From: Oxalobacteraceae bacterium UBA4003
GTDB taxonomy: Bacteria > Pseudomonadota > Gammaproteobacteria > Burkholderiales > Burkholderiaceae_D
Direction of reading: 5' to 3'
Assembly (NCBI GenBank): GCA_002384815.1
Contig: DGBN01000046.1
Location: forward strand, 25,489-89,488
DNA length: 64,000 nucleotides
Below the pieces are notes generated by a model. The model ran no database searches. It worked only from the letters and a program-made list of their open reading frames with translations, and was not told the origin of the DNA. The translations under genes were made by a program, and so were the position numbers. This document shows, piece after piece, positions 37,407-48,420 of the stretch (position 1 is the stretch's first letter; each line of letters opens with the position of its first letter).

Positions 37407-40400
37407 TCAACTCACTGGTATTTCTTTCTTGATGAAGCCTGCAATCAGCTTGACCAGCGCCTCTTCCTGATAGGGCTTGCCCAGATATTCATTCACGCCC
37501 AATTCCATCGCGTAATTGCGATGCTTGCTGGCGGTACGTGAAGTAATCATGATGATAGGAATATGTCGGGTACGTTCATCATCGCGAATATTGCGCGTCA
37601 GGTCGAAACCATCCATGCGCGGCATTTCAATATCGACCAGCATCACATCGGGCGTAATCGATTGCAGGTGCTGCAATGCGTCTACGCCATCCTTCGCCAG
37701 CACTACCTGATAACCTTCACGCGTCAGCAGGCGCTGCGTTACGCGACGCACCGTCAGCGAATCGTCGACCACCATCACGATATGCTGGGTACGCAAGCCC
37801 TGCACCGGCTCGACGCGACGCGCCACCGGCTCGAAAGTCGCCATTTCTGCTACCGCCCCCATATTGCCAGGCACATCGGAAGGCGTCAGACGGGGTGCAC
37901 GAATGTTTTCATGTGCAACGCGCTGCGCCAGCGGCACCGGATTCAGAATCAATACAATTTCGCCCGAACCAAGCACCGTGGCGCCGGCAATACCTATCAT
38001 GCGCGACAATTGCGGTCCGATATTCTTGACCACAACTTCCCGATTGCCAAGAATTTCATCGACGTGCAAGGCAACCCTGTCGTTCCCGCTCTTCAGTATC
38101 ATCAAGGGCGAATATTGCTGCGTGACAGGTGCCGCATCAGTATCACCCAGCAATGCCGACAGATAATGCATAGGCACGCGTTGCGACTGCCACATCACCG
38201 CGCCTTCATTGTAGGCAATCGCCAGTGGACCGTTTTTCAGTTGCTGAACCTGCTCCACCAGTACCGATGGAATCGCATAGGTTTTGCCACCAGTCGACAA
38301 AATCACGACTTGCGTTACCGCCAGCGTCAAGGGCAGATGAATAGTGAAATACGCACCTTTGCCCGGCTCCGAGGCGATCGCGACGCGTCCGCCCAGCGAT
38401 GCCGCTTCCGAGCGCACCACATCCATGCCGATCCCGCGTCCTGCCAGCTCGGTAATTTCTTCCGCCGTTGAAAAGCCCGGATGAAAAATCAGATCGGTAA
38501 CTTCAGCATCCGACAATGCCTCTTCTTCTTTCAGCAACCCGTTTTGCAGCGCCTTGTTGCGAATGCTGTCAAGGTTCAGTCCCTGGCCGTCATCGGAAAA
38601 ATGAATGACGACTTCGTTACCTTCCTGCCGAATCTCGACGCGCAATTCACCGGTTTCGTTCTTGCCTGCAGCACGGCGTTTTTCACGCGATTCGATACCG
38701 TGCACGATGGCATTGCGCAGCAGATGTTCAAACGGGCCGGCCATTTTTTCCAGCACGCTGCGATCGACCTCTACCGCACTGCCGCGAATATCCAGATTGA
38801 CGCGTTTGTCCATTTCCTTGGCCGCCTGCCGCGTCACGCGATACAAACGTTCCGAGATGCTGGCAAACTGCACCATGCGCACCCGCATCAAATCCTGTTG
38901 CAAATCACGCGTCAAGCGCCCCTGCGTCGTCAGATCGTTGCTGGCACTATCCAGCGTACGATTCAAATTCTGCTGAACCGAGCCAACATCGTTGACACTT
39001 TCAGCCATCATCCGCGTCAATTCCTGCAGACGCGTAAAACGATCGAATTCCAGCGGATCGAATTCACGGTCGGACGACACGCCCATGTGCGAAGTGATCT
39101 GTGACTCTGCCTGCATTTCGATTTCACGCAATTGTTCACGCAAACGTATAACGTTTTCCGACAACTCGCCCATTGATGAACGAAGGGTGTCGACTTCCGT
39201 TTCCAGCTTGGAGCGCGAGATCGACACCTCACCCGCCTGATTGACCAGACGATCGAGAATGTCGGCCCGCACGCGCACCAGTGGTGCCGGTGCCGGTGCC
39301 GGTGCCGGTGCCGCCAGCGTCCGCGATGCTGCAGCCACCTCGGTTGTGATTGGCGCGGCACGATGGTCTGTCACCGGCATCAGACTCTGAATGACCGGTA
39401 ATTCTTCCGCAGCAGAGGCAGCGACCGTATTGTCGTCATCGATACCGACAGCATCAAGAGCCTGCTGCCTGATCGCGTCCGGATTTTGCAAATGCTCAAA
39501 CAACTGGAGACCATGATCATGGCGCGCCAGCAAATCTTCCACCGCAGCAGCGGAAGGATAGCCGGCATGCGTGATGTTTTCGATCCGCGTTTCCATCTCG
39601 TGCATATGCTGACCGAGCAACATCGCGCCCGCCATCCGTGCACTGCCTTTGACCGTATGCAAAATCCGCAAGATGGATTGCGGCAATGCCGTATCGCCCA
39701 GATTCTGCTGCCATGCACGCAAGGCCTGCCCCATCTGCGGTAACATATCGCTACCTTCCTCGATGAAGACCGGCAACAGATCAGCATCGATCTCATCCTT
39801 GATCGCCAGCGCAGGATCGGCCAGCTCTTCATTATCTTTTGGATAAACAGGCTCTTCAAACGGTGCGGCTTCCGCCTCCATGGTGAAATGAACCGGCTCC
39901 ACCTCAAGCACCGCCGAAATATCGACAACATTGCCAGCCGCCGATGCCACATCGGCGGCAAGTTCAGACGCCTCTGTCACCGCAGCAACCTCGGGTACAG
40001 CTGGCAAGGGTCGGGTGACACGAAATTCAAAATCCTCCGGCATGCGTTCCAGAATTTCCACCTGCTCCGGTTCGGCATCCGGCATTTCACCCAGCGCGAA
40101 CATCTGCAGCATGAAACGAATCCGTTCCACGCCATGCTCCAGCGTGTCGTATTCCGATATCAGCAATTTGACCGGTTTTCTGGCCAGATACTGCAAAACC
40201 GCTTCGAGTGCATACGCAATCTGTTGCAAAGGTTTGAAGCCGACTGTGGCGGAACTGCCGGCCAGTGAATGCGCAGCATGTACGGCGTGAATATTGACGT
40301 AACGATCCGGTTCATGGCGCCATTCGGCAAAGTCCTGCGACAACAGGCGCACCAGTTCGTCGGTTTCGGCCAGATAGATATTGTGCAGCGGCAAACTGAT

Positions 40401-43313
40401 TTCCAGGTCGCCTATGTATTTGACATTGTCATTCGACTTCGTTGCGGCAGGCGGATGGCCGGGGAAATCCAGCACCGCCGCAACCGGCAACTGCGCAGCA
40501 TTGAACGGCATGTCGTCTATCTGCAAATGATCGAACTCGTCAACCGAAACGGCCGACTCTACCGTCGCAACTGCAGGCGTGTCATCGACGCTTGCATTGA
40601 ATTGATGGAATTGCGCCAGCTCTTCATCGCTCAACTGCAGCTCTTCCGCTTCTGTCGTCTGCAACGATTCCTGACTACCGAAATCCGCCGCATGATCCGT
40701 CCCGCTGTCAGTTACCTGTTCTTCAACTGCTGCGTTCCCGGAAAAAGATGGTGCTGACAGCACTTCATCCACTGCATCGTAATGAAAACCCGTACCGTTC
40801 TTTATCCCTTCGGCGGCATTGATCAGTGCATGACCGTTGCGATCGGAATGACCTTGCGTTTGCAAATCGTTGACCCATGCATCCAGTACCTGTACGGCAT
40901 TTTCCAGCAGCGCATACAAATCAGGATCGCCGCCACGTGTTTCCGACAGGCGCAGATTCAATACCTGTTCAACACTCCAGGCTGCTTCACCAAAGGCGAC
41001 CAGGCCAACCATGCGCCCACTGCCTTTCAGCGTATGAAACGAACGTCGCAAGGTGGTGAGAAACTCTTGATTGTGCGGTGCATTGCGCGAATCGGGAATC
41101 GTCTGCTTGACGCAATCCAGCACCTCCACCGCTTCGGACAGGAAAATTTCCAGCAGCTCGGCATCCACTGCTTCGTCGCTTGCCGGCGCCACCAGAGGCG
41201 CAATCTCTTTGACATGCGATACCACTTTCGTCGGTGCCGTCGCCAATGCAATATCTTCCATCGCATTTGTCGATGCCACGAAATCCGGATGTTCGAGCAT
41301 GTCGATTACCGCACGCGCCCTGTCGTTGGCTTCCGGGTTGTCCACCAGCGTGGCATCAAGACGCACCTGTTCCAGCGACTCCTTCAGCTGTTCCTGCAGA
41401 AAGGGGTTGCCCGGCTCGGCCGCCAGTGAAAGCGCCAGCTCTTCCGACTGCTTCTGATGCAAGGCGAGTTCGCTCTCTACCGTGGGCAAATCCGAAACTT
41501 CGACATCCGGCACGCTCGGCATTGCACTCTTCGCTTCCGATACCGGAACGACTACGACGTCCGACGCCGCATGTGAAGCATTATTTTTTTCCGTCAAATT
41601 GGCACGAAAGATGCCGTGTTCATCATCAAACAAAAAGCGATTTTTCACTCCATCCGGATGAAGTTGCAACGTCTCGATAAAGAAACTCAAGGCGCCGACG
41701 TTCTGCGCAACCTGCTGGAATTCTTCCAGATCGGGTATTTCTTCAGCTGCGATAAAACCGCGCACCGCTTCCTGCGTATGCTGCACAGCACGTACCGCAT
41801 CGTCATGCTCAAGCACCGACAGGGCACCGCTGATTTGGTACAGCACACTATCGATGGCATCCAGACCAGCGCGCTGTTCAGGTTCGCGGAAATATTCATC
41901 CAGCATTTTTTCAACCTGACGCAAGCTGGACTGCATCTCGCCTGCCAGCGCCGTCATGGTTTGACGTTCCTGTGCTTCACGCGACATGTCATCCAGCCAT
42001 TGTGCCGAATGCGTCATCGTTTCACCCGATACGGCAGCCAGAAGGCGCGTCGTTACGGCATCGGCGCGCTCGGCAAAATCATCTGCCAGATGGCTGATCT
42101 GCTGCAACGCATTTTCTACAAATAACAGACTGGTAGCGATTTCAAGACTCAGGCTGTCGCCGGGTCGCGAATGCGCAGCATGACGCGCGATGCCGCTCAA
42201 TTCCCGTAACAGTTTCGCCAAAGCCGGTGCATTCAAGTGATTGCCGGCTTCGGCCAAGCCACTCATTTCCTGCTCAAACGATTGCGTCACGCCGGCATCG
42301 CCACCTGCAATCCGATTCCACAAATTCTTCGCTTGCGACAGTCTTTCCTTGGCCGCCGCCAAGGCCTGCGCATCGATCTGGCCGTAGCATTTTTTCTCGT
42401 AATCGTTAGGCACGATGCCATCGAGTTGGTAGGCGCTACGGATTTGCCGGACTGCGGCCGAAGGCTGTTCAACCCGTGCAATGAAAAACAGTGCATCGCG
42501 CAACAGTCTTTCGGCAATACTCGACGAACCTTCGCTCAAGCGGCGTATCTGCAGATTGATACGTGCAAACAGCTGTTTGACATACAGTTCGTTCGGCACC
42601 TGGCCGGCAGAAACCGCATCGGCAAAACCATGCATGACCCACCAGAAACTGCGTGCCTGTTGCGTGCTTTGCGCCTGTTCTACGCGCAAGACGATATCAC
42701 GCATGGTTTTTGCGCTGGCCTGACCGGCATCGCCATCTGCCTCTTTCAGGAACATCAGCAAGGCACGCTCAAAACGTTTGCGTAAAGCGACGTAATCGTC
42801 AGACGTCAATGTAATCGACGCAGGTGGCAATTGCGGACGAATTGCCAGATTGGGGAAAAACAGATCTGCAGGATGTATGCGTTCAGCGCCGCATACTTGC
42901 AGCAGGGAGCGGTAATAAGGAAACAAACGCACCGGTTGATGCGGCCAGCCAGCCAATAATTCTTCCAGATATTCCAGCAGCGCCTGATAGGCATGCGCAA
43001 TCGCATGCACGCTATCCTCGGTCAGCGTCAATTTCCCTGATTCAAAGCGATCGAATAAATCCTCTACCGTTTCGGTAATGATGGCAACCCCATCGACATC
43101 GACTATCTGCAAGGCGCCATGGGCCTGATGCAGATAGGTTTTGGCGTGACGCAAAGTGGTGGATTGCGTTTCCACATCTTGCATCAAGGCTTCGCCTAAT
43201 GCGACTTTGGAGCGCGTCAATGCTTCGCCGATTTCAGCAATGACCCAAGACAGCGGGCCGGTATCGAAATTATCCTTGTTGCCTTGCGGCAAGGAGGAGT
43301 TGGGGGTATTCAT
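37407..43313 (-). CDS. chpA: Pil-Chp chemosensory hybrid histidine kinase (multi-Hpt, CheA ATPase, CheW, receiver)
   Basis: Hpt motifs HQAHGAL, HTLKGS, HSLAGS, HTVKGS; HLLRNAIVHGIE, DDGQG, GRGIGMDVV; C-terminal receiver DIEMPRMDG. 1968 aa. Confidence 0.95.
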   Translation of the reverse strand: MNTPNSSLPQGNKDNFDTGPLSWVIAEIGEALTRSKVALGEALMQDVETQSTTLRHAKTYLHQAHGALQIVDVDGVAIITETVEDLFDRFESGKLTLTEDSVHAIAHAYQALLEYLEELLAGWPHQPVRLFPYYRSLLQVCGAERIHPADLFFPNLAIRPQLPPASITLTSDDYVALRKRFERALLMFLKEADGDAGQASAKTMRDIVLRVEQAQSTQQARSFWWVMHGFADAVSAGQVPNELYVKQLFARINLQIRRLSEGSSSIAERLLRDALFFIARVEQPSAAVRQIRSAYQLDGIVPNDYEKKCYGQIDAQALAAAKERLSQAKNLWNRIAGGDAGVTQSFEQEMSGLAEAGNHLNAPALAKLLRELSGIARHAAHSRPGDSLSLEIATSLLFVENALQQISHLADDFAERADAVTTRLLAAVSGETMTHSAQWLDDMSREAQERQTMTALAGEMQSSLRQVEKMLDEYFREPEQRAGLDAIDSVLYQISGALSVLEHDDAVRAVQHTQEAVRGFIAAEEIPDLEEFQQVAQNVGALSFFIETLQLHPDGVKNRFLFDDEHGIFRANLTEKNNASHAASDVVVVPVSEAKSAMPSVPDVEVSDLPTVESELALHQKQSEELALSLAAEPGNPFLQEQLKESLEQVRLDATLVDNPEANDRARAVIDMLEHPDFVASTNAMEDIALATAPTKVVSHVKEIAPLVAPASDEAVDAELLEIFLSEAVEVLDCVKQTIPDSRNAPHNQEFLTTLRRSFHTLKGSGRMVGLVAFGEAAWSVEQVLNLRLSETRGGDPDLYALLENAVQVLDAWVNDLQTQGHSDRNGHALINAAEGIKNGTGFHYDAVDEVLSAPSFSGNAAVEEQVTDSGTDHAADFGSQESLQTTEAEELQLSDEELAQFHQFNASVDDTPAVATVESAVSVDEFDHLQIDDMPFNAAQLPVAAVLDFPGHPPAATKSNDNVKYIGDLEISLPLHNIYLAETDELVRLLSQDFAEWRHEPDRYVNIHAVHAAHSLAGSSATVGFKPLQQIAYALEAVLQYLARKPVKLLISEYDTLEHGVERIRFMLQMFALGEMPDAEPEQVEILERMPEDFEFRVTRPLPAVPEVAAVTEASELAADVASAAGNVVDISAVLEVEPVHFTMEAEAAPFEEPVYPKDNEELADPALAIKDEIDADLLPVFIEEGSDMLPQMGQALRAWQQNLGDTALPQSILRILHTVKGSARMAGAMLLGQHMHEMETRIENITHAGYPSAAAVEDLLARHDHGLQLFEHLQNPDAIRQQALDAVGIDDDNTVAASAAEELPVIQSLMPVTDHRAAPITTEVAAASRTLAAPAPAPAPAPLVRVRADILDRLVNQAGEVSISRSKLETEVDTLRSSMGELSENVIRLREQLREIEMQAESQITSHMGVSSDREFDPLEFDRFTRLQELTRMMAESVNDVGSVQQNLNRTLDSASNDLTTQGRLTRDLQQDLMRVRMVQFASISERLYRVTRQAAKEMDKRVNLDIRGSAVEVDRSVLEKMAGPFEHLLRNAIVHGIESREKRRAAGKNETGELRVEIRQEGNEVVIHFSDDGQGLNLDSIRNKALQNGLLKEEEALSDAEVTDLIFHPGFSTAEEITELAGRGIGMDVVRSEAASLGGRVAIASEPGKGAYFTIHLPLTLAVTQVVILSTGGKTYAIPSVLVEQVQQLKNGPLAIAYNEGAVMWQSQRVPMHYLSALLGDTDAAPVTQQYSPLMILKSGNDRVALHVDEILGNREVVVKNIGPQLSRMIGIAGATVLGSGEIVLILNPVPLAQRVAHENIRAPRLTPSDVPGNMGAVAEMATFEPVARRVEPVQGLRTQHIVMVVDDSLTVRRVTQRLLTREGYQVVLAKDGVDALQHLQSITPDVMLVDIEMPRMDGFDLTRNIRDDERTRHIPIIMITSRTASKHRNYAMELGVNEYLGKPYQEEALVKLIAGFIKKEIPVS
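39283..39312. repeat. (GGTGCC)5 perfect hexamer tandem repeat encoding an Ala-Pro linker in chpA
   Basis: Five exact copies seen; encodes APAPAPAPAP immediately before the ...LVRVRADILD dimerisation region. Confidence 0.9.
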
Positions 43314-43449
43314 GACTGCCTCGCGGGTGCAGGGTGATCAATCGCCACTCGGATCAATCACCGCAATTGCTGTTGGGCCTCAAACCAATACGTGCCTGTG
43401 ACAAATCGCGTCAGCAACGCGCGTTAAGGCACGTATCAAGATAAACAAA

Positions 43450-45732
43450 TCAAGCCGTTACACGGAACCGTGACACCGAGTTCTTGAGTTCTTCGGCCAG
43501 CTTCGACAATTCGCGAATCGAATGCGCAGTTTGCTGCGTACCCTCCTGCGTTTGCTCGGTAACAGTCAGAATGCCTTGAATATTCTGCGCCACACCGTTG
43601 GCCGATGTCGCCTGCTGCTCGGTCGCGGATGAAATACCCTGAATCAGTTCCGCCAGACGATTCGACACGCGTCGAATATCGGATAGTGCGGCACCGGCCG
43701 CATCGGACAGTTTCGCTCCCTCAACCACACCCTGCGTCGATTTTTCCATCGCGGCCACCGCATCGTGGGTATCGGTCTGAATGGTACGCACCAGCGCACC
43801 GATCTGCTTGGTCGCTTCGCCCGAACGTTCCGCCAGACGCTGCACCTCTTCCGCCACCACCGAAAAACCGCGACCGGCTTCACCGGCCGAAGCTGCCTGA
43901 ATTGCCGCGTTCAGCGCCAGTACGTTGGTCTGTTCTGTAATGTCGGAAATCAGTTCGGTGATCTCGCCAATCTCTTGCGAAGATTCACCCAGACGCTTGA
44001 TTCGCTTCGAGGTTTCCTGAATCTGCTCGCGAATCTCGGTCATGCCCTTGATCGCATTTTCCACTGCGCGCGAACCTTGTTCCGCCGCCGTCACTGACTG
44101 GCGCGCAACTTCAGCCGATTCGCTGGCGGATTTTGAAACGTCGGTAATCTGTACCGCCATTTCCAATACCGCCTGGCCGGTTTCCTGAATGTCGCGCGAC
44201 TGCTTGTGCGACGCTTCCAGCAATTCGGTTGAAATATTCTGTGCCGTGTTGGATGCCGATGTAACCTGCTCTGCCGTGTTCGTCACCCGTCCGACCAGGC
44301 CGCGTAATTCTTCCACCGTGTAGTTGACCGAATCGGCAATCGCACCGGTGATATCCTCGGTCACCGTCGCCTGCACCGTCAAATCGCCATCGGCCACTTC
44401 CTGCAATTCATTCATCAGGCGCAAAATAGCAGCCTGATTCTGATCGTTTGCCTGTTTCGCTTCTTCTTCCTGCTTCTGCGCTTCCAGACGCTGGCCCTCA
44501 GCTTCTTCACGGCGGGCATCCGCTTCGTTCGTTCTGTTGCGGCTATCCTGCAGCAGAACCAGGGCGATACCGGCGGCTGACAGCAGAGCGGCAAATACGC
44601 TGACCAGCATCAGCCAGAACGGCAAGGTCAGCGAATCCTGTTCGGTGCGATAACTTTGCTGCAGATCGGTCAAACGCTGTTTCAAGGCTTCGTTTTCCTT
44701 GAAGATCAATTCCTGTGCCTGTTTCGCTGCGATAAAGTTCTGCAGATTACCCAGAATCTGAGCGATCGATTTTTGGTAATCGGCGAATACAGCCTGCAAT
44801 TCAACCAGTTTTTCACGTGTATCCGGTTCGGTGGTTTTCGCCAGACGCAGCACTTCGCTACCATTCAGAAAGCCCTCGGTAATATCGCGGAAGGTATTGG
44901 TATCCTTGCCCAGCAAAAAGGCGGTTTCCGGGTTCACGCCCTCAGAACTCAGGAATTCATTCGCACTACGTGCCAGACGTTGCGTCAACATCACCAGTTG
45001 ACCGGCCGCCGCAATTTCACGCGGCGTAGCGCCGCTTTGCGATTTAAGAGTGGAAATCTGTTCGGTCAATTCCAGCAGGTTAGGAGAAATGCCATTCAAT
45101 ACTTCCAGCGTCGTGCCAAAACCGGTCAGCGGACCTTCCAGTCTCAGTATCGTGGCAGCTGCCTTGTCAGAGCCGGCCCACAATTTTTGCACTTCCTGCA
45201 AGACGCCTTCCATTTTTGCATCAGGCGCGCTGATGTCGCGACCCTGATATGCGCCGCCTTTGGATAAAATCGCCAGGTCGCTATTGAGTTCCTTGCGGCT
45301 GTCTGCCAGTTGCTTGAATGCTTCCTTGTTACCCTGAATCGCATTCGGCGTTGCTTTACCTACACGTTGCGAGTGCATCAGCGCGTCGCCGGCTATCTGC
45401 GTCTGCGTCGAGGTCAGTGCCGAATAATCTGCATTCAGCCACACGAATACAGCACCCAGAACCAGCGAGGAACCGAGCGCGAGCAGCAGAATACGAACCT
45501 GTTGCTGCAACGGCAGCTTGCCTATCAAGGGCAGACGAATATCGCCGCTTTTTTGCAGAACGTCGCCGATGTATGTCGCGTTGGGATTGACGTTGGCGCG
45601 CGCAGCACGCAGTGCTCTGGCATCCACAGGAGTTGTCGTATCGACCGCTATGTCGCCGTGATCGCCATGGGTATCCGCTCCCTGTGCGGCCGCCTCTTTC
45701 TTATTCTCGGAAAGCGGTAATGTAAACGCCAT
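43450..45732 (-). CDS. pilJ: Type IV pilus methyl-accepting chemotaxis protein
   Basis: Two TM segments, HAMP-like region, [30 protein letters not shown] hairpin tip. Confidence 0.94.
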   Translation of the reverse strand: MAFTLPLSENKKEAAAQGADTHGDHGDIAVDTTTPVDARALRAARANVNPNATYIGDVLQKSGDIRLPLIGKLPLQQQVRILLLALGSSLVLGAVFVWLNADYSALTSTQTQIAGDALMHSQRVGKATPNAIQGNKEAFKQLADSRKELNSDLAILSKGGAYQGRDISAPDAKMEGVLQEVQKLWAGSDKAAATILRLEGPLTGFGTTLEVLNGISPNLLELTEQISTLKSQSGATPREIAAAGQLVMLTQRLARSANEFLSSEGVNPETAFLLGKDTNTFRDITEGFLNGSEVLRLAKTTEPDTREKLVELQAVFADYQKSIAQILGNLQNFIAAKQAQELIFKENEALKQRLTDLQQSYRTEQDSLTLPFWLMLVSVFAALLSAAGIALVLLQDSRNRTNEADARREEAEGQRLEAQKQEEEAKQANDQNQAAILRLMNELQEVADGDLTVQATVTEDITGAIADSVNYTVEELRGLVGRVTNTAEQVTSASNTAQNISTELLEASHKQSRDIQETGQAVLEMAVQITDVSKSASESAEVARQSVTAAEQGSRAVENAIKGMTEIREQIQETSKRIKRLGESSQEIGEITELISDITEQTNVLALNAAIQAASAGEAGRGFSVVAEEVQRLAERSGEATKQIGALVRTIQTDTHDAVAAMEKSTQGVVEGAKLSDAAGAALSDIRRVSNRLAELIQGISSATEQQATSANGVAQNIQGILTVTEQTQEGTQQTAHSIRELSKLAEELKNSVSRFRVTA

Positions 45733-45783
45733 ACTGGTTCTCCTGATTCTGTTTATACTTCGTTCGAGTTATCGCTCCCGAAC

Positions 45784-46356
45784 TCATAGACCAACGTGCA
45801 AAAATTGAGGGTTTTGTATTACCAATGAAAGATCCAGTTCGCACCAGACTTGCGACTCGCGATCCATATAACGTTTGCCGATCCAGGGAGCGGACTGCTC
45901 ACCCCCGGTTTGCTGCTCCATTTCAGCAACGTTATGCAAACCCAGCACACGCGATACCAGCAGACCGCTATTGAATGAAAGCGCAGGCGCAAACGCCACG
46001 ATGCGGCAGTCTTTGTCAATCGCTGTCGGCACCTGACCCTGAAAGCCGGCGAAATCAATCACGCTGATCAAACTGCCGCGAATATTTGCCAGGCCAAGAA
46101 ACCAGGGCTGTGTCAACGGCACGGCAGTAATCGTGCCGACCGAAACAATTTCGCCCGCTGTCTGCAGATCCAGCAACCAGCGATTACCACCTATCATCAC
46201 GCCGAGTTGATTGACACGCATATCTTCGCCGCTGCGCGCGGTCTGCATGCGCTCCACCAGCTGCGCCTGAAATTCGCGCAAGCGCGTACGGCGCGCGCCG
46301 ATATCCGCTTTGGCGAATATCTTCCCCCCTTGCAGATCCGACGTAGGCTGGCTCAT
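45784..46356 (-). CDS. pilI: CheW-like adaptor
   Basis: VPLTQPWFLGLANIRG motif; lies between pilH and pilJ. Confidence 0.9.
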   Translation of the reverse strand: MSQPTSDLQGGKIFAKADIGARRTRLREFQAQLVERMQTARSGEDMRVNQLGVMIGGNRWLLDLQTAGEIVSVGTITAVPLTQPWFLGLANIRGSLISVIDFAGFQGQVPTAIDKDCRIVAFAPALSFNSGLLVSRVLGLHNVAEMEQQTGGEQSAPWIGKRYMDRESQVWCELDLSLVIQNPQFLHVGL

Positions 46357-46365
46357 AAGCAGCGA

Positions 46366-46731
46366 TTATCCGAGAGCAGCAATTTTGGACAACAACTCGG
46401 CCGGATCAACCGGTTTGACAATGTAATCGCGCGCACCCTGGCGCAAACCCCAGATGCGATCGGTTTCCTGACCTTTGCTGGTGCAGATAATAATAGGCAC
46501 GTCTTGTGTTTCCGGATCGCGCGTGATTGCGCGCGTGATCTGAAAACCATTCTGACCCGGCATCACGATATCCATCAGGATCAATTGCGGTTTGTCTGCC
46601 TTGATCTTCAGTAGCGCTTCTTCGCCGTTTTCGGCAGTGGAAACGGAAAAACCTTTTTTCACCAGGATATCGGTCAGAAAATAACGTTCAGTCGGAGAGT
46701 CATCAACGATGAGGATTTTTTGAATGGCCAT
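46366..46731 (-). CDS. pilH: Single-domain response regulator
   Basis: ILIVDDSPTE, MDIVMPG, WGLRQGARDYIVKP. Confidence 0.92.
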   Translation of the reverse strand: MAIQKILIVDDSPTERYFLTDILVKKGFSVSTAENGEEALLKIKADKPQLILMDIVMPGQNGFQITRAITRDPETQDVPIIICTSKGQETDRIWGLRQGARDYIVKPVDPAELLSKIAALG

Positions 46732-46752
46732 CTGAAACCTTTAAATCAAAAT

Positions 46753-47154
46753 TTATTTTTCGACTGCTTCCGCCGTGTACTCGCGCACGGTTTTCAGCAG
46801 ACTATCTTTAGTGAATGGCTTGGTGAGGTAGGCATCGGAGCCGACCATCGCACCGCGCGCCCGATCAAACAAGCCATCCTTGGATGACAGCATAATGACG
46901 GGCGTTGCATGGAATTTGGCACTTTTCTTGATCAGTGCACAGGTTTGGTAGCCATCGAGACGAGGCATCAGAATATCGCAGAAGATGAGCGCTGGCTTGT
47001 GGTCATTCATTTTTGCGAGTGCATCAAAACCGTCATCCGCCAGCACGACCTTGTAACCTGCCTGCCCAAGAAAGATCTCTGCCGAACGACGAATGGTGCT
47101 GCTATCGTCGATCACCATGATTTTCATGTCGGCACTATCCAGTGATATTGTCAT
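46753..47154 (-). CDS. pilG: Single-domain response regulator
   Basis: MVIDDSSTIRRSAE, DILMPRLDGYQTC, SSKDGLFDRARG. Confidence 0.93.
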   Translation of the reverse strand: MTISLDSADMKIMVIDDSSTIRRSAEIFLGQAGYKVVLADDGFDALAKMNDHKPALIFCDILMPRLDGYQTCALIKKSAKFHATPVIMLSSKDGLFDRARGAMVGSDAYLTKPFTKDSLLKTVREYTAEAVEK

Positions 47155-47299
47155 GAGTCATCTCGTTAAACTGTGTCCACAATATACGGCGCAACAGTAA
47201 CAAAAAGCAAGATTCTTTAGGCCAACTACCACTGTGCAAATCAATGCCCGTGGTTTTTCAACAAAAATGCCAAAGTCGCAACACGAGCGGCAATCCGGA

Positions 47300-47494
47300 T
47301 TAGACCGCCACCATTTCGAAATCTTCCTTGCGTGCACCGCATTCCGGACAAGTCCAGTTCATCGGCACATCGGCCCAGCGGGTCCCTGCAGCAATGCCTT
47401 CTTCCGGCAAACCGGCGGCTTCGTCGTAAATCCAGCCGCAAATCAGGCACATCCAGGTTTGAAACGGTTCATTCGAGTTTTCGTTAATGCTCAC
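47300..47494 (-). CDS. Rubredoxin
   Basis: CLICGWIYDE...WTCPECG two-CXXC pattern. GTG start likely. Confidence 0.93.
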   Translation of the reverse strand: MSINENSNEPFQTWMCLICGWIYDEAAGLPEEGIAAGTRWADVPMNWTCPECGARKEDFEMVAV

Positions 47495-47547
47495 GGCAGA
47501 CAGCCCTTCAAGTAAAATGCACAATCAGCTATCTTAATATACCCGCC

Positions 47548-48393
47548 GTGCAAAACCAAACTTCTCCGCTTATATTAACCTTTGGCCCGACCGACCCTGT
47601 GGGTGCCGTCGGCATTCAGGCCGATCTGGCCTCTTTTGCCGCCATGGGCTGCCACGGCCTGTCGGTCGTCACCGCGCTATTCATAGGCGATACCGCACGG
47701 GTTGAAGACATGCAGGTCATTGATGCCGACTGGGTCTCCGATCAGGCGCGCGTGGTGCTGGAAGACATGCCAGTCGCTGCCTTCAAGGTCGGCGCTGTCG
47801 GCAGCATAGAAAACGTCTCCGCCATTGCAGAAATTGTTTCCGACTACCCGGACATCCCGCTGATTTTCGATCCCTTCCTGTCCTCGCTGCCCGACCAGGG
47901 AGCGGAAGGCGAAGACATGCTGATGGCGACCCGCGAGTTGCTGATCCCGCAAACCACCGTTTTAATTCTCTCCGGCGTCGAACTGGCGCGCATAGCAGAA
48001 ACCTGGCGCGAGCCGTCGGAAGAAGACATGATGGCAGTCGATGCCATGCGTTTGATCGAAATGGGTTGCGAATATGTATTCGTCACCGGCACGCCATCCG
48101 ACCTGACCGATGTTGCCAACACGCTGTTCGATGAAGGCGGCGTCATCCGTCACGACAACTGGCAACGCATTTCAGGTTCCTACAGCGGTGCCGGCGCGAC
48201 CCTGTCTGCCACCATTGCGGCCTTGCTTGCAAATGGACTGGATATTCCGGAAGCCGTATTCGAAGCGCAGGAATTCACCATTGCCTCCATCGCCAATGCG
48301 CAGCGTCTGGGCATGGGCAGGCTGGTACCCGATCGCTATTTCTGGGCACGTGAAAGTGACGAAGAGATCGACCTCACGCCACCACTGCAGTAA
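47548..48393 (+). CDS. ThiD-like (hydroxymethylpyrimidine/phosphomethylpyrimidine kinase family) protein
   Basis: DPVGAVGIQAD, FKVG, DPFL, ribokinase-fold tail GAGATLSA. Confidence 0.8.
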   Translation: MQNQTSPLILTFGPTDPVGAVGIQADLASFAAMGCHGLSVVTALFIGDTARVEDMQVIDADWVSDQARVVLEDMPVAAFKVGAVGSIENVSAIAEIVSDYPDIPLIFDPFLSSLPDQGAEGEDMLMATRELLIPQTTVLILSGVELARIAETWREPSEEDMMAVDAMRLIEMGCEYVFVTGTPSDLTDVANTLFDEGGVIRHDNWQRISGSYSGAGATLSATIAALLANGLDIPEAVFEAQEFTIASIANAQRLGMGRLVPDRYFWARESDEEIDLTPPLQ

Positions 48394-48420
48394 ATTCTTT
48401 TTTCATTTCACGGTTCTCGC

